From sequence record ON529855.1: 64,000 nt of DNA. One strand, given 5' to 3'. Within the stretch, counting starts at the first letter, position 1; each line of letters begins with the position of its first letter. Made by a program: the position numbers and the translations under genes. The notes under the pieces are model-generated. The model worked only from the letters and a program-made list of their open reading frames with translations, was not told the DNA's origin and did no database searches. Positions 7,693 through 14,545 of the stretch are shown in pieces.

Positions 7693-8231
7693 GCGCGTGT
7701 CATCCGACGCACGTTGTCCTGGTGCTTCTTCAGCAGCATCGCCCGCTTCAGCGACGAGACCCGGTCGATGTTGCGCACCCCGTCCAGGTGGTCCATCTCG
7801 TGCTGAAGACAGATGGCCTTGTAACCCTTGCCCGACACGGTCTGCATACGGCCGTGAATGTCCTGGTATTCGACCGTCACTTCCCGATGCCGGCGCACGC
7901 GGAAAAAGACGCCCGGCATGGACAGGCATCCCTCCGGCATCTCGATCATGTCCTCGGACTTGTCGATGAACGTGGGGTTGATCAGGATCAGTTTGGGGCG
8001 ATCGACCATGACGTCTTGCACCGGAAGTCCGGTGTCGGGCAGGTCGATCATGGTGAAGATGCGCAAGGGCACGCCGACCTGAACGGCGGCGAGCCCCGCG
8101 CCCTCGGCCATCAACATGGTGTCGACCATGTCGAAGCAAAGCGCCCGCACCTCGTCGGTGATCTCGAAGACCGTATCGGAGGGCTTCGTCATCAGGGCGT
8201 CGGTGCAGGGGATGATCTGGCGTAGCGCCAT
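7689..8231 (-). CDS. def: Peptide deformylase
   Basis: GAGLAAVQ, EGCLS and QHEMDHLDG motifs. Confidence 0.95.
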   Translation of the reverse strand: MALRQIIPCTDALMTKPSDTVFEITDEVRALCFDMVDTMLMAEGAGLAAVQVGVPLRIFTMIDLPDTGLPVQDVMVDRPKLILINPTFIDKSEDMIEMPEGCLSMPGVFFRVRRHREVTVEYQDIHGRMQTVSGKGYKAICLQHEMDHLDGVRNIDRVSSLKRAMLLKKHQDNVRRMTRA

Positions 8232-8452
8232 TATGCGGGGGTCTCCGAAGGACGCCCGGCGCGCCACAACTCCACAGAATTCTGTCCCGCCTGGAGAACC
8301 TCACTGAGGTCCTCCAGGTGGTCCATCTGCTGTTTCAGCGCCATGCGGGCGTCTTCCAGCCCGATGTCCTGAAGCTTGACGACGCGCCCGCCCACCATGA
8401 CCTGGTAGTCCTGATAGGGCGGCCAATCATCGGGGGGCGTGACGGCCGTCAT
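8231..8452 (-). CDS. Hypothetical protein
   Basis: 73 aa, coupled to neighbours. Confidence 0.55.
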   Translation of the reverse strand: MTAVTPPDDWPPYQDYQVMVGGRVVKLQDIGLEDARMALKQQMDHLEDLSEVLQAGQNSVELWRAGRPSETPA

Positions 8453-8748
8453 CAGATTTCTCCGAGCGCGCTCAGGTACAGGTCCAGGATGGCGTCTTCT
8501 TCCTGGCGCTTGGCCTTGTCCTGCTTGCGCAGGCGCAGCACCTTGCGCAGAATCTTCACGTCGTATCCCTCGCCCTTGGCTTCGGCGAAGACTTCCTTCA
8601 TGTCGACCATGACGGCCTGCTTGTCCTCTTCGAGGCGCTCCAGCCGCTCGATGATCGAGCGCAGGCGGCCCTGGGCGGAGGCGGTCAGGGCGTCGTCGGC
8701 CGACATGGCGTTGGCGGGCTCGACGCCGGTGATGGTGGTCTCGGTCAT
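8452..8748 (-). CDS. gapR: GapR-like nucleoid-associated protein (DUF2312)
   Basis: QGRLRSIIERLERLEEDK...MKEVFAEAKGEGYDVKILRKVLRLRKQDKAKRQEEDAILDLYLSALG. Confidence 0.92.
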   Translation of the reverse strand: MTETTITGVEPANAMSADDALTASAQGRLRSIIERLERLEEDKQAVMVDMKEVFAEAKGEGYDVKILRKVLRLRKQDKAKRQEEDAILDLYLSALGEI

Positions 8749-8776
8749 AGGTCTCTCGGGGGGGGTTGGTCGCCGG

Positions 8777-9022
8777 TTATCCGGTGACGAGGTAGCGAAG
8801 GATCGCGAGAAGTTCGCGGTCCGCATCAGGCTGTTGGGCCTTCTGGTCGATGAGGCGCAGGGCGGCGTTCTTGCGCGCCCGCTGTTTGGCGGCGTGAACG
8901 CCGAGAGTCTGCGCCAAGTCGCGCATCTCTGTCTCGTCCACATAGGCGCCGAGCGCATCCCCATACCGTCGGTTGGCGGGGTAGGTGGCGTAGTCCGGGG
9001 CCAGCGGCGGGAGGCCGTCCAT
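8777..9022 (-). CDS. Hypothetical protein
   Basis: ATG at 9022 (MDGLPPL), coupled. Confidence 0.5.
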   Translation of the reverse strand: MDGLPPLAPDYATYPANRRYGDALGAYVDETEMRDLAQTLGVHAAKQRARKNAALRLIDQKAQQPDADRELLAILRYLVTG

Positions 9023-9198
9023 CACATGTCTCCACAAGGATCGTGCAGGGTGTCGCCCTGGTCGAGGTCCTCGACGAAGCGGCCGTTCAGGAAGCGCCCC
9101 GTGGTGGTCTGGCCGTTGAGCCGACGCACGACCCGCAACTGATGGTCCAGCCAGTAGTAGGGCACGCCCCACGCCTCGCGATAGACCGGCTCGGTCAC
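9022..9198 (-). CDS. Small hypothetical protein (MTEPVYREAW..., 58 aa)
   Basis: GTG start overlapping upstream stop; fills the gap exactly. Confidence 0.5.
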   Translation of the reverse strand: MTEPVYREAWGVPYYWLDHQLRVVRRLNGQTTTGRFLNGRFVEDLDQGDTLHDPCGDM

Positions 9199-9455
9199 GA
9201 GTAGGTCGCGCCCGAAGCCCGGACCACCAGGTCGGCGACGGGTTTGCCATGAGCGACGATCATTTCGTCGTAGGTGTTGATGTGGAAGCGCATCAGGGCG
9301 TTGTCGACCGTCTGCCAGGCATAGGCCTTCCAGGCGTCTCGGGCGTCTTCGCGGCGGGAGAAGGACCCCACGAAGATGATTTTGCGCGGATCGCGGAAGG
9401 CTTCCTCGCGGGGGTGGGGATGCTCGCCCCCATAGACGTAATAGGTGTCAGGCAT
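9195..9455 (-). CDS. DUF4170-like alphaproteobacterial protein
   Basis: VYGGE...FVGSF...AW...TVDNA.MRFHI pattern. Confidence 0.6.
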   Translation of the reverse strand: MPDTYYVYGGEHPHPREEAFRDPRKIIFVGSFSRREDARDAWKAYAWQTVDNALMRFHINTYDEMIVAHGKPVADLVVRASGATYS

Positions 9456-9457
9456 GC

Positions 9458-10345
9458 TTACAAAGTCACGATCAGGCGGGGATTGAAGTTCGGGTTCAGT
9501 TCATGCCCGACATAGCCGCGAGGATTGCAGATCACGCGGGTCTCGCCGATCTGGTAGTCGCTGCTGTCATGCATGTGACCATGGACCCACAAGGCGGGCT
9601 CCCACTCCAACATCAGCGGCTCCAGCCGCGACGCATAGGCGGGGTTCAGCGGCGATCCCCGATAACGAGGATGGCTCGACTGCTCCGACGGCGCATGGTG
9701 GGAGATCACCACGGTCGGGCCGTCATGAGGAACCCGCAGCGTTTCCGTCAGGAAGAAGCGGCTTTCCAGATGAAGGCGCCGCGTGTCGTCCGCCGTCAGG
9801 CGCTGCTGCTGCTTCAATTCGATCTGCCGATAGTCGTTCATGTCCGACTGGGCGTGCCGGATCGACAAGGGCCAGGTCCCATAGAGGTCGAAATCGGTCC
9901 ACAGGGTGGCGCCGAGGAAACGCACGTCGCCCACATGGACCTGCTCGTTATCCATGACGAAGACGCGGGCGGGCGCCAGTTCGTCAGCCTTGGCCTTCAT
10001 CTTCTCGATGTGGCGGTGGTAGCGCCGCTTGCCGTAGAACTCGTGATTGCCCGGAACATAGAGGCAGGGGACGTCAGGGAAATGCCGCGCCAGCCAGATC
10101 ACGCCGACGACGCCCGTCGCCAGGTCGCCGGCGGCGATGACCACGTCGATCTCGTCAGCCGTGGGCGCCGTCCAGGTGCGACGGTCCATTCCGCCGAACT
10201 CCAGATGGAGGTCCGACAGGATCAGGGCGCGCAACGGCCGTCGTCCAGGAGTCCGCCGCGCCAGGCCGGCTTCGATGTCAGCCTGCATGTCGGCCGCAGC
10301 CGCCACAGTGAACTCCATCTCAGCCTTGCTCCACTTGGTCTCCAT
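9458..10345 (-). CDS. Calcineurin-like metallophosphoesterase
   Basis: SDLH, AGDL, PGNHEFY, SHHAP and HGHMH motifs. Confidence 0.9.
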   Translation of the reverse strand: METKWSKAEMEFTVAAAADMQADIEAGLARRTPGRRPLRALILSDLHLEFGGMDRRTWTAPTADEIDVVIAAGDLATGVVGVIWLARHFPDVPCLYVPGNHEFYGKRRYHRHIEKMKAKADELAPARVFVMDNEQVHVGDVRFLGATLWTDFDLYGTWPLSIRHAQSDMNDYRQIELKQQQRLTADDTRRLHLESRFFLTETLRVPHDGPTVVISHHAPSEQSSHPRYRGSPLNPAYASRLEPLMLEWEPALWVHGHMHDSSDYQIGETRVICNPRGYVGHELNPNFNPRLIVTL

Positions 10346-10365
10346 CGTGGAGCATCCTTGAAATC

Positions 10366-10484
10366 TGGAGCGGGTGGACAGACTCGAACTGCCGCCTCCG
10401 GGTTAGCCACCCGGCGCTCCTGGGTCCACGCGAACCCCCGACGATGATTCGCGTGATCATCGTCGGCCCTAGAGCCTCACCCGC
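10366..10484 (-). ncRNA. 119 nt tRNA-like RNA with expanded D-loop domain
   Basis: GCGGGTG/CACCCGC-T-CCA, D stem GCTCT/GGAGC, 5 bp stem with loop TGGCTAA, canonical T arm; two hairpins inserted in the D loop. Confidence 0.65.
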
Positions 10485-10722
10485 ATAAGTTGGCAGGAGT
10501 TTTCAGATATGGCGAACCATACCCAGGGCGACCCTCCTGCCAGGAACCCCCGTCTCGGTTTCTTTCACTGGCCCCGACACGAGCACCTGTCAAAGCCTAT
10601 CTAGCCGCCAGGCTTGCGGAACGTCTCGGGCGATTAGGCGCCTCGGGATGAACAGCGTTGCGGACGGCGTAGCATCGGCTTGCCGTGATTACTGACAGAC
10701 GGCGCCGGTGGTGTCAACAATG

Positions 10723-10753
10723 AAAAACGCCCCGACCTTTCGATCGGGGCGTT
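10723..10753 (-). terminator. Intrinsic terminator ending the cluster 2 transcript
   Basis: AACGCCCCGATC-GAAA-GGTCGGGGCGTT + TTT. Confidence 0.75.
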
Positions 10754-10755
10754 CT

Positions 10756-11067
10756 TCAGAGGTTCGCCATCCACTGCTTACGGCAGCGGGTGTGATCCTT
10801 CCAGGACTTGCCGCCGGGGCGCGACGCCATGAGGTCGTCGTAGGACGAGGGAAGGACCATGCGTCGGCCACGGGCGCGGTAGAGGCGATCGTGGGCTTCG
10901 CCGATGTTGCGCCGCCGCTCCTGCATGGTGCGGGGGCAGCGGTGCATGTAGCGCCAGCGGTGGCGGAAGCGCCGGCAGCGGTAGGGCTCGCCGGGCTCCA
11001 GGTAGAGGACGCGCCAGCCCACGAAGTAGAAGCCGGAGTGGGTGACGCGCTCGAATTGGGGCTTCAT
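10756..11067 (-). CDS. Basic hypothetical protein
   Basis: 103 aa with GGAGG SD. Confidence 0.6.
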   Translation of the reverse strand: MKPQFERVTHSGFYFVGWRVLYLEPGEPYRCRRFRHRWRYMHRCPRTMQERRRNIGEAHDRLYRARGRRMVLPSSYDDLMASRPGGKSWKDHTRCRKQWMANL

Positions 11068-11167
11068 GTCAGCCTCCTGCTAGGTTGAGTACCTAGCGGG
11101 TGCTGTATTCCAGGTAGAACTTGATCATGGGATCATCCTAGCCCAAGCGGGGCTGTTCGTCTAGGAA

Positions 11168-11256
11168 TGGCGGATGGGGCAGGGATCGAACCCGCGTAAC
11201 CCTCTCGGGTGTCGACCGCTTAGCAAGCGGCTGCCTTACCTCTCGGCCACCCATCC
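11168..11256 (-). tRNA. tRNA-Ser(GCT)
   Basis: GCCGC-TTGCTAA-GCGGT, long variable arm, G73, CCA. Confidence 0.9.
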
Positions 11257-11263
11257 GGGGTGT

Positions 11264-11348
11264 TGGCGGTGCGCCAGGGAATCGAACCCTCAACCTTGCG
11301 GTCGGCGACGGTTTTCAAGACCGCTTGTCCCCATGGACGCTGCGCACC
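11264..11348 (-). tRNA. tRNA-Ser(TGA)
   Basis: GCGGT-CTTGAAA-ACCGT, G73, CCA. Confidence 0.85.
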
Positions 11349-11353
11349 GAAGG

Positions 11354-11444
11354 TGGCGGACGGCACGCGATTCGAACGCGTGGGACCCAGGGGGTCCGCC
11401 TGCCTTCCAAGCAGGTGCCTTAAGCCGGGCTCAGCCAGCCGTCC
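11354..11444 (-). tRNA. tRNA-Ser(GGA)
   Basis: CCTGC-TTGGAAG-GCAGG, G73, CCA. Confidence 0.85.
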
Positions 11445-11449
11445 GGTGT

Positions 11450-11667
11450 TGGTGGAGGCGAGGGGATTCGAACCCCCGTAGACGCCGAACCCTCGCATTA
11501 CCAAGGGCCGATCTCAGGTTTAGAACGCGTGTGCCGCCCTGACCATCTTCCGCAGGCCAGGGGGTCTATCGTAACGACCCCGTCGATCGGTTGCCTCTGC
11601 GTCCCGGATTTACCCGGACCGTTGCTCTGTTCCACGGTGCTCATGCCGAAACCCGAGCGACGCCCCC
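11450..11667 (-). ncRNA. 218 nt tmRNA-like / alanine-acceptor RNA
   Basis: GGGGGCG/CGCCTCC-A-CCA with G3:U70, canonical T arm, GGTTTCGGC near the 5' end, several internal hairpins. Confidence 0.6.
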
Positions 11668-11676
11668 GTGAAGAAA

Positions 11677-11764
11677 TGGAGGATGGTGTGGGATTCGAAC
11701 CCACGGAACCTTGCGGTCCACCGGTTTTCGAAACCGGCGCGATCGGCCTCTCCGCCAACCATCC
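11677..11764 (-). tRNA. tRNA-Ser(CGA)
   Basis: CCGGT-TTCGAAA-ACCGG, long variable arm. Confidence 0.88.
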
Positions 11765-11771
11765 AGAACAG

Positions 11772-11960
11772 TCAGGCCGAGGCCGGACTGTAGTTGTCGA
11801 TGTCGTCGACCCGGATCGCCGTGCCCGCCGCAATCTGGCGGTCGGCGCTCAACAGTTCGGCGACCAGGTCGTCGGCCGTGACGGCGGCGCCGGAGGTGGC
11901 GAACTTCACGTTCACCAGGCGGCCGTCAGCGAACATCTCGTCGATCGCGGCGCGATCCAT
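11772..11960 (-). CDS. Small hypothetical protein within tRNA cluster
   Basis: MDRAAIDEMFADG..., 62 aa, AAGG SD. Confidence 0.55.
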   Translation of the reverse strand: MDRAAIDEMFADGRLVNVKFATSGAAVTADDLVAELLSADRQIAAGTAIRVDDIDNYSPASA

Positions 11961-11993
11961 GATAGACCTTTCTGCCGGCCTCGCCGGCGGTGA

Positions 11994-12064
11994 TGGTGGA
12001 GACAGTGGGGCTCGAACCCACCAAGGCTTCCTTGCAAAGGATGCCTGCGCCCTGCGCTGTCCCC
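11994..12064 (-). tRNA. tRNA-Ala(TGC), short D arm
   Basis: Loop TTTGCAA; G3:U70, A73. Confidence 0.75.
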
Positions 12065-12101
12065 GTAGGGGTTGAGTGTCAGCCATGCCGACAATAAGTG
12101 T

Positions 12102-12177
12102 TGGTCCTGGCACTCAGATTCGAACTGAGCCATCGTGCTCCACAAACACGCGCCTCCACCGCAGAGGCTTTACCAGG
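12102..12177 (-). tRNA. tRNA-His(GTG)
   Basis: CGTGT-TTGTGGA-GCACG; no G-1 and A73, as in alphaproteobacterial tRNA-His. Confidence 0.8.
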
Positions 12178-12179
12178 GT

Positions 12180-12267
12180 TGGTCGCGACGACAGGGGTCG
12201 AACCTGCCCGGCCTTTCGGCCACTACCACCTCAAGGTAGCGCGTCTACCAGACTCCGCCACGTCGCG
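12180..12267 (-). tRNA. tRNA-Leu(GAG)
   Basis: CTACC-TTGAGGT-GGTAG. Confidence 0.9.
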
Positions 12268-12276
12268 ATCGAAAGT

Positions 12277-12362
12277 TGGTGCCCGTCCCCGGACTCGAAC
12301 CGGGACGCCACGAGGGCCACGCCTTTTGAGGGCGCTGCGTCTACCTTTCCGTCCAGACGGGC
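12277..12362 (-). tRNA. tRNA-Leu(CAA)
   Basis: GCGCC-CTCAAAA-GGCGT. Confidence 0.9.
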
Positions 12363-12372
12363 AGTTGAAAAA

Positions 12373-12459
12373 TGGTGCGGGCGAGAGGATTCGAACCTCC
12401 CCGGCACAAAGGCCACGAGTACCTGAGACTCGCGCGGCTACCAACTTCGCCACGCCCGC
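12373..12459 (-). tRNA. tRNA-Leu(CAG)
   Basis: CGAGT-CTCAGGT-ACTCG. Confidence 0.9.
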
Positions 12460-12464
12460 ATTTT

Positions 12465-12546
12465 TGGAGAACCCTGGTGGAGTCGAACCACTTGCGCCTG
12501 GATTAAAAGCCCAATCCCGGCCACCCGGATTTAACGCTCAAGGTCC
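12465..12546 (-). tRNA. tRNA-Lys(TTT), atypical D arm
   Basis: TTGGG-CTTTTAA-TCCAG; GGACCTT/AGGGTTC-T-CCA. Confidence 0.65.
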
Positions 12547-12559
12547 CCTAAAGTTATGT

Positions 12560-12650
12560 TGGTGAACGTGGTCGGACTCGCACCGACGATGAAGGTTGTA
12601 ACCTAACGGGATTAAGAGCCCCGGCCTCTCGCTACTGAGGTGACACGTCC
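12560..12650 (-). tRNA. tRNA-Lys(CTT), long variable arm
   Basis: CGGGG-CTCTTAA-TCCCG; variable hairpin AGGT-TACA-ACCT. Confidence 0.75.
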
Positions 12651-12685
12651 AAAACTGTTGTTCTTCTCTCCTGAAGACTTGAAAA

Positions 12686-12756
12686 TGGAGCCGGCGGACG
12701 GTGTCGAACCGTCCCATGTCCACTACGAAAGGTCAGCCCTGCCACCAGGCGCCGGC
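12686..12756 (-). tRNA. Degenerate tRNA, probably Thr(CGT)
   Basis: Good acceptor and T arms; GACCT-TTCGTAG-TGGAC with two mismatches; G1-C72/C2-G71. Confidence 0.45.
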
Positions 12757-12762
12757 GTTGTT

Positions 12763-12833
12763 TGGTGCCAAGGGAGGGAGTCAAACCCTCGCTGAACCCA
12801 TACCAAGGGCTCGACCGATCACCCGGCCTTGGC
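12763..12833 (-). tRNA. tRNA-Thr(GGT)
   Basis: AGCCC-TTGGTAT-GGGTT; GCCAAGG/CCTTGGC-A-CCA. Confidence 0.75.
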
Positions 12834-12841
12834 GTTGATGT

Positions 12842-12916
12842 TGGTCGGAACACCAGGATTCGAACCTGGGACCCCTAGCTTCCCGAGCCAGTGCGCTACC
12901 GCTGCGCTACATTCCG
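12842..12916 (-). tRNA. tRNA-Pro(GGG)
   Basis: CTGGC-TCGGGAA-GCTAG (C33); C1:G72, A73. Confidence 0.8.
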
Positions 12917-12925
12917 AGTTGATGA

Positions 12926-13002
12926 TGGTCGGCGAGGGAGGATTCGAACCTCCGATCCCTCCGACCCGAACGGAGTGACTTACCAGACTTGCCCACACGC
13001 CG
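12926..13002 (-). tRNA. tRNA-Pro(CGG)
   Basis: CTCCG-TTCGGGT-CGGAG. Confidence 0.88.
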
Positions 13003-13011
13003 ATGGAAACG

Positions 13012-13044
13012 AAAAAGGCCCCGGAGGCTTTGCGCCTGGGGCCT
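13012..13044 (-). terminator. Intrinsic terminator/attenuator upstream of tRNA cluster 2
   Basis: AGGCCCCAGGC-GCAAA-GCCTCCGGGGCCT + TTTTCGTTT. Confidence 0.75.
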
Positions 13045-13116
13045 GAAACATCTGCTGTTTTGGGGTTCAGCAGGTGATCGGCCCCTTAGGGCGCCTCACC
13101 TGCTTGGTGCCTGTTG

Positions 13117-13248
13117 TTACAGGAAACCTTCCAGGGAGACGCCACCGGTGGTGGGGGACTTCGTCGACAGTTTCGGCGCATGCGCGAGCGTCGACAGCGC
13201 CGTGGCGGCGGTCGAAAGCGGGCTCAGCTTGTGCGACAAGGTGGTCAC
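13117..13248 (-). CDS. Putative leader peptide MTTLSHKLSPLSTAATALSTLAHAPKLSTKSPTTGGVSLEGFL (43 aa)
   Basis: GTG start, weak GGA SD; 3' part of track ORF 13117..13398; residues 2-34 are only T, L, S, H, K, P and A. Confidence 0.62.
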   Translation of the reverse strand: MTTLSHKLSPLSTAATALSTLAHAPKLSTKSPTTGGVSLEGFL

Positions 13249-13300
13249 GATGAAGGTCCAGTCCGAAGAAGGAGCGCAAATGCGCTGTGATGAAGTCTGA

Positions 13301-13329
13301 TCTCTACAGGAAGCTTGAGCGTATGTCAA
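13301..13329 (-). promoter_or_regulatory. Sigma70-type promoter for leader 2/tRNA cluster 2
   Basis: TTGACA-N17-TAGAGA. Confidence 0.65.
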
Positions 13330-13512
13330 GAACTTCAGAAGAAAAAAGTTGAGGAGCGATGTGTGCGTCCCGCTCGAAACGTCTTGTGCCAGGATCAACG
13401 GCAGACGTCAACAGGAAAATGCACGCGCGCGGCCGAGGGGGAGCGGAAGACCGCGCGCGTGCCGGCAGACCGTCGGGGGACGGGGCCTGGGGTCGTCGGG
13501 GGACGGGGAGGG

Positions 13513-13749
13513 TCAGCCGGCGCGGCGCTTGAGCGTCTCGTGCAGCGGCGGATAGGGGACCGGGGCGTAGATCACCTCGACCAGGCGAGGGCGGCGGCCG
13601 GTGCGGATTTTGGCAGGCAGGGGCACGTTGCGGCGCCGCAGTTCGGCGGCGGCGGCGGCGCTCGCCAGGGAGCCCGACAGGTAGACGCCGATCAGTTCGG
13701 CGACCGTCAGGGTCATCATGCGCTGGGCGCGGGTGGTGTTGTGAGCCAC
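13513..13749 (-). CDS. Hypothetical protein
   Basis: 78 aa with GGAGAG SD. Confidence 0.55.
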   Translation of the reverse strand: MAHNTTRAQRMMTLTVAELIGVYLSGSLASAAAAAELRRRNVPLPAKIRTGRRPRLVEVIYAPVPYPPLHETLKRRAG

Positions 13750-13848
13750 GAGGGTCTCTCCATCTGGATGTGATCCAGGCGAGAGACACGGGCGCGCGCT
13801 AGGCGGCCGCGAAGGGTCTCCGTCCTGGAAGTTACCAGATGCGAGAGA

Positions 13849-14040
13849 TTAGTCGGAGGGCTTGGCCCCGAAGACCGAGGCGATCGCCGTCAAAGCCTTC
13901 TTGACCCGGTTGGGTCGTTGGGTCAGCGCCGAGGCGCAGACCTTCTTGATTTCGTCAAGGGTGAGCGAGGCCGGGTCACGCAGGCCGCGCGCGGCGATCG
14001 AGCCGACGCTGGCGGAGGTGACTTCGGTGGTGGTGCTCAT
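13849..14040 (-). CDS. Hypothetical protein
   Basis: 63 aa with GAGG SD, right after tRNA-Asp. Confidence 0.55.
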   Translation of the reverse strand: MSTTTEVTSASVGSIAARGLRDPASLTLDEIKKVCASALTQRPNRVKKALTAIASVFGAKPSD

Positions 14041-14050
14041 GGGAAACCTC

Positions 14051-14125
14051 TGGCGAGTCCAAGGGGAGTTGAACCCCTCTCTCCACCGTGACAGGGTGGT
14101 GTCCTAACCGATAGACGATGGACCC
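14051..14125 (-). tRNA. tRNA-Asp(GTC)
   Basis: CCACC-CTGTCAC-GGTGG, G73. Confidence 0.9.
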
Positions 14126-14156
14126 GTATCAGAGGGTCGATCCGCAGGAAGATGCT

Positions 14157-14234
14157 TGGAAGGGCGCCGGAGACTCGAACTCCGCTCACTTGGTTGAAAG
14201 CCAAGTATCCTGCAAACCGCTAGACGAGCGCCCC
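14157..14234 (-). tRNA. tRNA-Glu(TTC)
   Basis: CTTGG-CTTTCAA-CCAAG. Confidence 0.88.
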
Positions 14235-14365
14235 ATAAAGCACAGGGCGTCGAACACGAGAGCCGCGATTAGGCGGCGGTCGTATCTCGGCCCTGGAAGG
14301 CCTCTCGTTCGTAGCTGGTCAGACGGTAGGTCATTTGTCGCTTGTATCAGAACTGTCGGTGGGTG

Positions 14366-14545
14366 TCAAGAAGGACGGCGAATCTTTTTGGACCTTGCAT
14401 GGGGTCGGTCTTCCTCGGCCTCAGGCTCGGCCGCGTCCCAGGCCATCCACAGGGCCGCGAGAAAAGCAGGCGGACCCATCAAGTCTTCCAACCGCTTCAA
14501 GGCCCGGTCGTTGGCCGCCAGGAAGGCGTCGCCGTATTCAAGCAT
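14366..14545 (-). CDS. Small hypothetical protein (MLEYGDAFLAAND..., 59 aa)
   Basis: GAGG SD, GC3-rich codons; below track cutoff. Confidence 0.55.
   Translation of the reverse strand: MLEYGDAFLAANDRALKRLEDLMGPPAFLAALWMAWDAAEPEAEEDRPHARSKKIRRPS

Noticed and set aside
10637-10678. Leader peptide (MLRRPQRCSSRGA) for the 119 nt tRNA mimic
   Set aside because: No SD, no terminator downstream, no interpretable codon match.
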